Assembly: GCA_032718475.1 (NCBI GenBank)
Contig: JAUCBJ010001904.1
Location: forward strand, 1 to 36,088
Length of the DNA stretch: 36,088 bases
Source: Nemertoderma westbladi
Lineage: Eukaryota > Animalia > Xenacoelomorpha
Direction: 5' to 3'
Shown here: positions 1-12,100 of the stretch, one piece after another
Layout of the letters: every line of letters starts with the position of its first letter
How positions within the stretch are numbered: the stretch's first letter is position 1
Program-made: the position numbers and the translations under genes
The notes under the pieces: model-generated
What the model saw: only the letters and a program-made list of their open reading frames with translations
The model's database searches: none
What the model was told of the DNA's origin: nothing

Positions 1-68
1 GTGAGTATGTTTCGATTAATCCACACCATGTTTATTGCTTACCACATTCAATGTATTTTTATTTCAAG

Positions 69-186
69 GCTTGTTTGGCTAAAGCAAATTCTGCAGCAGA
101 TCTAGAAGAAACAATAAGTCAGGATATTGAAGTTGGTGATGGGCACCAAGTTGAGCTTGGGGACAGTGTTGCAGTATCTTATACGG
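69..186 (+). CDS. FKBP15: FKBP15 exon (start of FKBP domain)
   Basis: tttcaag|GCT...ACG G|gtaagc; ACLAKANSAADLEETISQDIEVGDGHQVELGDSVAVSYT. Confidence 0.9.
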
Positions 187-3100
187 GTAAGCCAGGACAT
201 ACTTACCTACCACACTATAAAGTATAGTTCCGAAGTAGGTCTGGGAAGATATAATCAGCAATAATAATATAATAGTGGCTGGAAAATATCAAAATATCAT
301 AGAATATAAATTAATAAGTAATTAAACAGGACTAAGGATGATCCAACTCTATAGCAAATGGAGCGGAAAAAATGAATTCGCCACCAGCTGGATTTGCTAT
401 AGAGTTGGATCCTCCTTAGTCCTGTTTAAATACTTATTAATTAATACATAAAAATTGTATATGTGTTTAACATCCATAGATTGTATAAATTAATACGTAA
501 TTAAACAGGACTAAGGATGATCCAACTCTATAGCAAATGGAGCGGAAAAAATGAATTCGCCACCAGCGGGGATCGAACCCGCGTCTCCCGATAAACGTTC
601 AGGTATGCTAACCACTACACTACACTACTCCATTTGCTATAGAGTTGGATCATCCTGTTTAATTACTTAATAATTTATACAATGTATGGATGTTAAACAC
701 ATATAAAATAATCATAGAATATAACTTTTAGTGAAAGTGAAAGTTGAATTTGTGTTTAATGAAAAAAAAACAGTTTATTTTGTAATGTTTCAGAGAGGCA
801 GAACAACCTAACGAAAATTAACATTTACACTTTAGCTGTTTTACCTCTTATATACAATGTTGGGTCCGTTGTTCTGGTTCACTATTATCTACTAAATATA
901 AATAGTAAAAAAGGTGATAAAAATATGCGGCTCTAGGAATTTAATATAACGCCATCTTGTGTCATTTTGGTGAAAAGCCTTTTGAGAAAATGTTTTGTCG
1001 TTTTGTCTCTATAGCAACTAAAAATAACTTGAACATTTCGCATCTCTCAATTTCCATCCAGAATAAATTTTTTTAACACAAAACATTATTCATTCTTCCA
1101 CTAAAATTAATATTTTACCGCGGTTATAAAAGCCTACATATGTAACCTGTTCCTTTCCCGCAATTGGTAACAACATTGTTTATTGTTTTGGTTATAAAAG
1201 CCTACCTCTAACCTGCTCCTTTCCCCCAATTGGTAACGACACTGTTTATTGTTTTGGTTATAAAGCCTACTTCTATAACCTGCTCCTTTCCCCCAATTGG
1301 TAACGACACTGTTTATTGTTTTGGTTATAAAGCCTACTTCTATAACCTGCTCCTTTCCCCCAATTGGTAACGACACTGTTTATTGTTTTGGTTATAAAGC
1401 CTACTTCTATAACCTGCTCCTTTCCCCCAATTGGTAACGACACTGTTTATTGTTTTGGTTATAAAGCCTACTTCTATAACCTGCTCCTTTCCCCCAATTG
1501 GTAACGACACTGTTTATTGTTTTGGTTATAAAGCCTACTTCTATAACCTGCTCCTTTCCCCCAATTGGTAACGACTCTGTTTATTGTTTTGGATATAAAA
1601 GCCTACTTCTATAACCTGCTCCTTTCCCCCAATTGGTAACGACTCTGTTTATTGTTTTGGATATAAAAGCCTACTTCTATAACCTGCTCCTTTCCCCCAA
1701 TTGGTAACGGCACTGTTTATTGTTTTGGATATAAAAGCCTACTTCTATAACCTGCTCCTTTCCCCCAATTGGTAACGACTCTGTTTATTGTTTTGGTTAT
1801 AAAAGCCTACCTCTGTACCCTGCTCATTCCCCCAATTGGTAACAACATTGTTTATTGTTTTGGATATAAAAGCCTACTTCTATAACCTGCTCCTTTCCCC
1901 CAATTGGTCACAACATTGTTTATTGTTTTGGATATAAAAGCCTACTTCTATAACCTGCTCCTTTCCCCCAATTGGTAACAACATTGTTTATTGTTTTGGA
2001 TATAAAAGCCTACTTCTATAACCTGCTCCTTTCCCCCAATTGGTAACGACACTGTTTATTGTTTTGGTTATAAAGCCTACTTCTATAACCTGCTCCTTTT
2101 TTTTCCCCCCAATTGGTAACAACATTGTTTTGTTTTGGTTATAAAAGCCTAACTCTGTAACCTATTCATTTTCCCCAATTGGTAACAACACTGTTTATTG
2201 TTTTGGTTATAAAAGCCTACTTCTATAACCTGCTGCTTTCCCCCAATTGGTAACAACATTGTTTTTTTTTGGTTATAAAAGCCTAACTCTGTAACCTATT
2301 CATTTTCCCCAATTGGTAACAACACTGTTTATTGTTTTGGTTATAAAAGCCTACTTCTATAACCTGCTGCTTTCCCCCAATTGGTAACAACATTGTTTTG
2401 TTTTGGTTATAAAAGCCTAACTCTGTAACCTATTCCTTTTCCCCAATTGGTAACAACACTGTTTATTATTAAGTTACTACTTTTTTCTTAGGTTATTTGG
2501 TTACCATAAGTTCCTATTTTTTATTAGGTTATTTGGTTACCAATAAGTTCCTATTTTTTATTAGGTTATTTGGTTACCAATAAGTTCCTATTTTTTATTA
2601 GGTTATTTGGTTACCAATAAGTTCCTATTTTTTATTAGGTTATTTGGTTACCAATAAGTTCCTATTTTTTCTTAGGTTATTTGGTTACCAATAAGTTCCT
2701 ATTTTTTATTAGGTTATTTGGTTACCAATAAGTTCCTATTTTTTTATTAGGTTATTTGGTTACCAATAAGTTCCTATTTTTTATTAGGTTATTTGGTTAC
2801 CAATAAGTTCCTATTTTTTATTAGATTATTTGGTTACCAATAAGTTCCTATTTTTTATTAGGTTATTTGGTTACCAATAAGTTACTACTTTTTTATTAGG
2901 TTATTTGGTTACCAATAAGTTCCTATTTTTTATTAGGTTATTTGGTTACCAATAAGTTCCTATTTTTTATTAGATTATTTGGTTACCAATAAGTTCCTAT
3001 TTTTTATTAGGTTATTTGGTTACCAATAAGTTCCTATTTTTGATTAGGTTATTTGGTTACCAATAAGTTCCTATTGTTTCTTAGGTTATTTGGTTACCAA

Positions 3101-6100
3101 TAAGTTCCTATTTTTTATTAGGTTATTTGGTTACCAATAAGTTCCTATTTTTTTATTAGGTTATTTGGTTACCAATAAGTTCCTATTTTTTATTAGGTTA
3201 TTTGGTTACCAATAAGTTCCTATTTTTTATTAGATTATTTGGTTACCAATAAGTTCCTATTTTTTATTAGGTTATTTGGTTACCAATAAGTTACTACTTT
3301 TTTATTAGGTTATTTGGTTACCAATAAGTTCCTATTTTTTATTAGGTTATTTGGTTACCAATAAGTTCCTATTTTTTATTAGATTATTTGGTTACCAATA
3401 AGTTCCTATTTTTTATTAGGTTATTTGGTTACCAATAAGTTCCTATTTTTGATTAGGTTATTTGGTTACCAATAAGTTCCTATTGTTTCTTAGGTTATTT
3501 GGTTACCAATAAGTTCCTATTTTTTGTTAGGTTATTTGGTTACCAATAAGTTCCTATTTTTTATTAGGTTATTTGGTTACCAATAAGTTCCTATTTTTTG
3601 TTAGGTTATTTGGTTACCAATAAGTTCCTATTTTTTATTAGGTTATTTGGTTACCAATAAGTTCCTATTTTTTGTTAGGTTATTTGGTTACCAATAAGTT
3701 CCTATTTTTTATTAGGTTATTTGGTTACCAATAAGTTCCTATTTTTTGTTAGGTTATTTGGTTACCAATAAGTTCCTATTTTTTATTAGGTTATTTGGTT
3801 ACCAATAAGTTCCTATTTTTTGTTAGGTTATTTGGTTACCAATAAGTTCCTATTTTTTATTAGGTTATTTGGTTACCAATAAGTTCCTATTTTTTATTAG
3901 GTTATTTGGTTACCAATAAGTTCCTATTTTTTGTTAGGTTATTTGGTTACCAATAAGTTCCTATTTTTTATTAGGTTATTTGGTTACCAATAAGTTCCTA
4001 TTTTTTATTAGGTTATTTGGTTACCAATAAGTTCCTATTTTTTTATTAGGTTATTTGGTTACCAATAAGTTCCTATTTTTAATTAGGTTATTTGGTTACC
4101 AATAAGTTCCTATTTTTTATTAGGTTATTTGGTTACCAATAAGTTCCTATTTTTTATTAGGTTATTTGGTTACCAATAAGTTCCTATTTTTTGTTAGGTT
4201 ATTTGGTTACCAATAAGTTCCTATTTTTTATTAGGTTATTTGGTTACCAATAAGTTCCTATTGTTTCTTAGGTTATTTGGTTACCAATAAGTTCCTATTT
4301 TTTGTTAGGTTATTTGGTTACCAATAAGTTCCTATTTTTTATTAGGTTATTTGGTTACCAATAAGTTCCTATTTTTTATTAGGTTATTTGGTTACCAATA
4401 AGTTCCTATTTTTTATTAGGTTATTTGGTTACCAATAAGTTCCTATTTTTTATTAGGTTATTTGGTTACCAATAAGTTCCTATTTTTTTATTAGGTTATT
4501 TGGTTACCAATAAGTTCCTATTTTTTATTAGGTTATTTGGTTACCAATAAGTTCCTATTTTTAATTAGGTTATTTGGTTACCAATAAGTTCCTATTTTTA
4601 ATTAGGTTATTTGGTTACCAATAAGTTCCTATTTTTTATTAGGTTATTTGGTTACCAATAAGTTCCTATTTTTAATTAGGTTATTTGGTTACCAATAAGT
4701 TCCTATTTTTTATTAGGTTATTTGGTTACCAATAAGTTCCTATTTTTAATTAGGTTATTTGGTTACCAATAAGTTCCTATTTTTTATTAGGTTATTTGGT
4801 TACCAATAAGTTCCTATTTTTTATTAGGTTATTTGGTTACCAATAAGTTCCTATTTTTTGTTAGGTTATTTGGTTACCAATAAGTTCCTATTTTTTATTA
4901 GGTTATTTGGTTACCAATAAGTTCCTATTTTTTATTAGGTTATTTGGTTACCAATAAGTTCCTATTTTTTATTAGGTTATTTGGTTACCAATAAGTTCCT
5001 ATTTTTTATTAGGTTATTTGGTTACCAATAAGTTCCTATTGTTTCTTAGGTTATTTGGTTACCAATAAGTTCCTATTTTTTGTTAGGTTATTTGGTTACC
5101 AATAAGTTCCTATTTTTTATTAGGTTATTTGGTTACCAATAAGTTCCTATTTTTTATTAGGTTATTTGGTTACCAATAAGTTCCTATTTTTTATTAGGTT
5201 ATTTGGTTACCAATAAGTTCCTATTTTTTATTAGGTTATTTGGTTACCAATAAGTTCCTATTTTTAATTAGGTTATTTGGTTACCAATAAGTTCCTATTT
5301 TTTATTAGGTTATTTGGTTACCAATAAGTTCCTATTTTTAATTAGGTTATTTGGTTACCAATAAGTTCCTATTTTTTATTAGGTTATTTGGTTACCAATA
5401 AGTTCCTATTTTTTATTAGGTTATTTGGTTACCAATAAGTTCCTATTTTTTGTTAGGTTATTTGGTTACCAATAAGTTCCTATTTTTTATTAGGTTATTT
5501 GGTTACCAATAAGTTCCTATTTTTTATTAGGTTATTTGGTTACCAATAAGTTCCTATTTTTTATTAGGTTATTTGGTTACCAATAAGTTCCTATTTTTTA
5601 TTAGGTTATTTGGTTACCAATAAGTTCCTATTGTTTCTTAGGTTATTTGGTTACCAATAAGTTCCTATTTTTTGTTAGGTTATTTGGTTACCAATAAGTT
5701 CCTATTTTTTATTAGGTTATTTGGTTACCAATAAGTTCCTATTTTTTATTAGGTTATTTGGTTACCAATAAGTTCCTATTTTTTATTAGGTTATTTGGTT
5801 ACCAATAAGTTCCTATTGTTTCTTAGGTTATTTGGTTACCAATAAGTTCCTATTTTTTGTTAGGTTATTTGGTTACCAATAAGTTCCTATTTTTTATTAG
5901 GTTATTTGGTTACCAATAAGTTCCTATTTTTTATTAGGTTATTTGGTTACCAATAAGTTCCTATTGTTTCTTAGGTTATTTGGTTACCAATAAGTTCCTA
6001 TTTTTTGTTAGGTTATTTGGTTACCAATAAGTTCCTATTTTTTATTAGGTTATTTGGTTACCAATAAGTTCCTATTTTTTATTAGGTTATTTGGTTACCA

Positions 6101-9100
6101 ATAAGTTCCTATTTTTTATTAGGTTATTTGGTTACCAATAAGTTTCTATTTTTTATTAGGTTATTTGGTTACCAATAAGTTCCTATTTTTTTATTAGGTT
6201 ATTTGGTTACCAATAAGTTCCTATTTTTAATTAGGTTATTTGGTTACCAATAAGTTCCTATTGTTTCTTAGGTTATTTGGTTACCAATAAGTTCCTATTT
6301 TTTATTAGGTTATTTGGTTACCAATAAGTTCCTATTTTTTATTAGGTTATTTGGTTACCAATAAGTTCCTATTTTTTATTAGGTTATTTGGTTACCAATA
6401 AGTTCCTATTTTTTATTAGGTTATTTGGTTACCAATAAGTTCCTATTTTTTATTAGGTTATTTGGTTACCAATAAGTTCCTATTTTTTATTAGGTTATTT
6501 GGTTACCAATAAGTTCCTATTTTTTATTAGGTTATTTGGTTACCAATAAGTTCCTATTTTTTATTAGGTTATTTGGTTACCAATAAGTTCCTATTTTTTA
6601 TTAGGTTATTTGGTTACCAATAAGTTACTACTTTTTTATTAGGTTATTTGGTTACCAATAAGTTCCTATTTTTTATTAGGTTATTTGGTTACCAATAAGT
6701 TCCTATTTTTTATTAGGTTATTTGGTTACCAATAAGTTCCTATTTTTTATTAGGTTATTTGGTTACCAATAAGTTCCTATTTTTTATTAGGTTATTTGGT
6801 TACCAATAAGTTCCTATTTTTTATTAGGTTATTTGGTTACCAATAAGTTCCTATTTTTTATTAGGTTATTTGGTTACCAATAAGTTACTACTTTTTTATT
6901 AGGTTATTTGGTTACCAATAAGTTCCTATTTTTTATTAGGTTATTTGGTTACCAATAAGTTCCTATTTTTTATTAGGTTATTTGGTTACCAATAAGTTCC
7001 TATTTTTTATTAGGTTATTTGGTTACCAATAAGTTCCTATTTTTTATTAGGTTATTTGGTTACCAATAAGTTCCTATTTTTCCTTAGGTTATTTGGTTAC
7101 CAATAAGTTCCTATTTTTTATTAGGTTATTTGGTTACCAATAAGTTCCTATTTTTTATTAGGTTATTTGGTTACCAATAAGTTCCTATTTTTTATTAGGT
7201 TATTTGGTTACCAATAAGTTCCTATTTTTTATTAGGTTATTTGGTTACCAATAAGTTACTACTTTTTTCTTAGGTTATTTGGTTACCAATAAGTTCCTAT
7301 TTTTTATTAGGTTATTTGGTTACCAATAAGTTCCTATTTTTTATTAGGTTATTTGGTTACCAATAAGTTCCTATTTTTTCTTAGGTTATTTGGTTACCAA
7401 TAAGTTCCTATTTTTGATTAGGTTATTTGGTTACCAATAAGTTCCTATTTTTTATTAGGTTATTTGGTTACCAATAAGTTACTTGCCGGAGAAATAGATT
7501 CCAACCGCGATACTGAGAAACTACTGACTATGAAGATTGGCAGGGGTAAAGTGATAAAGGTAATTTATTAGTTTGAATGACATTAGTTATTAGTTTGCAC
7601 TCAACTCAATTCTTATCGTAATTATATTCCGTTATTTACTGTAAATATTATAAATGTCGTCTCTCTATTATAGATCCATTGTTTTTATTATCCAATATTG
7701 GTTATGGTAACAATTCCGACAGAAATAATTCACTATGACGTCACCCTAACTACAAACTGGTACACACGTCATGTAGTTAGTATCTTAATAAAAAATCATC
7801 TTTTTGGTGTTTTTTTATTAAGTCGAGGCCGTAACTTCTTCCGAAATTTATATTTTATACTAAATCACTGTAAATATTATTGGTTGCCTTAGGGATGGGA
7901 GAATGGAATGATTGGAATGCATCGCAATTCCCGTAGAGTGTTAGTTATTCCACCGCTAGAGGGATACGGAAGTAAAGCCATAACAGACCGAATTCCCGCC
8001 AACTCAACGCTGGTATTTGATGTTCAAATTGTAAAAGTAAGTTATAAAATGTAAAAATAGTAAGTTGTAGATTTATCTTAAACTGTCATTGGGCCATGCG
8101 GGTTGACATAAGTCCCATGTTATCCCTCTAACCAAAATAATAAACCGAAGTCGATAGTGCTGATTACAGTTTAATGTTGCTGGTAATAAATCAGCTCAAG
8201 TTAATTTTCCTGTGGAGATGGACGTATTTTGATGGCTCCCGAGTCCCCAACCCCTCTTTTTAAACTACGTATTATAAATCTTTAAGCTAAATGTTCTCCC
8301 ATCATTCACCCCCGATGCGGTAATAAATCGTTTTAGATTAAACCGTCGAGCGATATATCGGGCTCGTCTTCGCCCCTTACGATACCCACCAAACCGGTAG
8401 CAGGAGGTCCATTGCCGCGCCCCGAGAGAGTTGCTTCGGTTAAGGACCGGACGAGTTCTTTAGACGATCAGATGAAGCTGCCGCCTTCATCCCCGGGTAA
8501 GTAAACCTATTATTATTATATACCAAACCAATGCCCATGTTGTCCAATAACAATCTATTAATATTTGAACAAACCCGGAAACAATACAGTCCCTCATAGC
8601 GCTTCACTTTACGCCTTTTGATTAGGTTATTTTATATTAAAATGGATAAATATCTAAAAATTTTAAAAGTATTTATCTCTTAAAAAGTAAATTTTAAACG
8701 GTCAATTCCATTTTACCTTTCTATAATTATATAGGTGTAGATTCCACCAAAGCAAAGTTGATAAGTCGCATGGCGCGAATGGGGCAGGCGACTCTGCCAT
8801 TGGCTGGAGCCACTGTAGCAGTTGAGTCATCGGATTCGGAACCGGAGTCGGATAGACTTATGGAAGGTAAGTAGTGATGTAGACTTAGTATTTGTTGTAC
8901 TTAAGAGTGTCTCGAAATTTTTTAATATTTTCGATTTGCTCATCTCAGCTTCTATTGTCTAGTTGGTGATTCTGATTTCGATTAGGAAAATGTAAAAACA
9001 TAAAAACGCAAAATTAATCCGATAGAGAACCATATCCGGGGGGGGGGGGGGGGGGCTAATACTCATTCGACTCATCCGTTTTTCAAAATTTACAGTTATG

Positions 9101-12100
9101 TTTGTCATATTGTTTTTTCATTGACACGACGGCAAAACCACGAAATTCGGTTGAAATTGAGTTTATTATAAAAAGAAAATCTTTCCAAATTTTGTGGAAA
9201 CACGATTAGAGTTTTTGTCTCAGCTTTAGCAATCCGATGTGTTGATGGTTTGCAACATGCGTGTAAATTGTTTTTTTTATTCCGTTCCTTTCAGAATCCA
9301 GCGAAGAAACCAGAGTTCCCTCAACGAGAAGTTACAGCCCTCACTTGGCAACCAATAGCGACGTACTTGGCCCTCCCTTAGCAACCCAACGCTCCAATCG
9401 TAGAAACCCCGCTACCCAAAGAGCCCCCAAACCTACACCCGTCCCAACCACTAACCCGCCTTACCAACAGCAACAACATCAACATCCCGCTATGTACGAT
9501 CAAGGTTATTCAGCTTATCAACAACAACCTCCTTACCATCAACATCAACAACAACCGGTGCTCCTGGCTTCGGGCCCGATGCTGATTGGTCCGCGTCCAT
9601 CACTACCAACAGCTATGCAACCCACACAGGAGCTCGCTGTTTACCAGCCGGCCAATCAGGTGAGCTGGTTCATTAGTTCGATTATTATTGGTGCTCTACA
9701 AGGCAGACAACATGCAACTGCTGTTACAATGTTAATATACTAGTGCTGCTCTTTGTCTGCTGAATATACAATTAAACCTCAGTGATGAACATGACTTTCG
9801 AACCCTGTGGTCGTGGTGTAGTTGCATGAGAAAATATTGTCAAAGTTCCATACAACCCTGACTCGAAAAAGTAACAACTATTTAAGAATATATACCGAGA
9901 GTTATTATTCTATTCATCGTGTGTGATATACCCCACTGGAGCTCTACTCGAGTTCCTGCAGCTATTATTAGTTTGTTTGTGGTTGGGTGGCTGACCGGCT
10001 GGGTTTGTGGTTGGGTGGCTGACCGGCTGGGTTTGTGGCTGGCTTTGTGTGTGTGGCATGAATGTTTGAACGCTAATAAGTCGGTCAATCTGGGATGAAG
10101 TGGAACCAAACTTGGTACACATGTAGTGTAACAAAAATAAAGAAATTCTACACACATGTAGACTTCTATAGTTCCTCCGTCTACCGCTAGGGGGCGATTT
10201 GACAGAAACGTAAAAGTAGCTGTAATTATAGAACCAAACATCAGATTCATCTGAAATTTGTTAGTAGTAACCTAAGAGCAGACAGACTTTTACAGTTCCT
10301 CTGTCTGCCGCTAGGGGGCGAATAGAGCTCCAGTTCATCGTGCTTAGCACGGTTTAATTATATTGTATTTTTCAGCCAGCACCAGCGTTCTCGCAGTTTC
10401 CCGTGGCTACGTCAGCGCTCTACAATTCCTTGCCGCCACAACCTCAGCCTGCGGTCCCAGCACCTACGGTTCCAGCACCATCGAACCCATCACCCTCGAT
10501 GGGCAGTGAAGTAGCTCTGAGCGAGAGTCGACATAATCAAACCGAAATAAGGTCGGTTATCTTCTAAAGAAGCTCGACTTCTGTTACACATAGTTCGTTG
10601 TTCACCCCCGGACATCTTTACGCGGTTTTTCTTTTTATGTGTATACCACTTTGCAATTAATATTTGTAACTTTTACCCACAATTTGAAAATTTGTCACTT
10701 TGTTGGAGCTCCGCTATTCTCAAAGTAGAAGAGAAAATGTTCCAAACAAAGTTATTTCGAGAAAAACTCTCGAATTAGTTTTCTATTTGGTTCCAACTTT
10801 CCAAATATGCACCAAAAGTGAAATTTTTCAAAATAATTTTTTTTATGGTTTTATATACCTGTTTTTTTTGGCGCTGATTCCGAAAATAGTAAAATATATA
10901 ATTCTTATATTTTTTTATATGGTATTAAACCATCACCCTAAACAGTATTAAGTAATAATAAATTACCAATTATGTTTAACTTAATAATAAATTATATTAA
11001 TTTTATAAATAATTATTTATTATATGAATTATATAGAAAAACAAACAGAAAATATTCGATAAATAATCCGGCAAATAATCCGGCAAATAATCCGGCAAAT
11101 AATCCGCAATCCGCAATCGGCAAACATGAAGTAGACGTCAAGAAACAGGACATGGGGCAATTTTACAAGCCCGTCGGTTAGGCGGGCATTTAGGTGGTAA
11201 TAATTCCTTCCATCCATGCAGTGTATCGTCCCCATTACTGATGCAGCATAGTAGGACCGTGGCTCCAGCGTCACGAAGATTCGCTTCATCAGGAACTGGT
11301 AGGACCGTGGCTCCAGCGTCACGAGGATTCGCTGCATCGGGAACTGGTATGACCGTGGCTCCAGCGTCACGAAGATTCGCTGCATCAGGAACTGGTAGGA
11401 CCGTGGCTCCAGCGTCACGAGGATTCGCTGCATCAGGAACTGGTAGGACCGTGGCTCCAGCGTCACGAGGATTCGCTGCATCAGGAACTGGTAGGACCGT
11501 GGCTCCAGCGTCACGAGGATTCGGTGCATCAGGAACTGGTAGGACCGTGGCTCCAGCGTCACGAGGATTCGCTGCATCAGGAACTGGTAGGACCGTGGCT
11601 CCAGCGTCACGAGGATTCGCTGCATCAGGAACTGGTAGGACCGTGGCTCCAGCGTCACGAGGATTCGCTGCATCAGGAACTGGTAGGACCGTGGCTCCCG
11701 CGTCACGAGGATTCGCTGCATCAGGAACTGGTAGGACCGTGGCTCCAGCGTCACGAGGATTCGCTGCAGGAACTGGTAGGACCGTGGCTCCAGCGTCACG
11801 AGGATTCGCTGCATCAGGAACTGGTAGGACCGTGGCTCCAGCGTCACGAGGATTCGCTGCATCAGGAACTGGTAGGACCGTGGCTCCAGCGTCACGAGGA
11901 TTCGCTGCAGGAACTGGTAGGACCGTGGCTCCAGCGTCACGAGGATTCGCTGCATCAGGAGATGGTAGGACCGTGGCTCCAGCGTCACGAGGATTCGCTG
12001 CAGGAACTGGTAGGACTGTAGCTCCAGCGTCACGAGGATTCGCTGCAGGCACTGGTAGGACCGTAGCTCCAGCATCACGAGGATTCGCTGCAGGCACTGG

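Noticed and set aside
558-629. Functional tRNA (GTT anticodon)
   Set aside because: The acceptor stem cannot pair, U33 is missing, and the sequence is embedded in a TIR element.
2470-7480. CRISPR array (37-bp, partly palindromic repeat)
   Set aside because: No unique spacers, units are head-to-tail, no cas genes, and the context is a eukaryotic intron.
9038-9055. G18 run (and the C17 run at 24304-24320) as functional elements
   Set aside because: Simple homopolymers of unreliable length with no other support.
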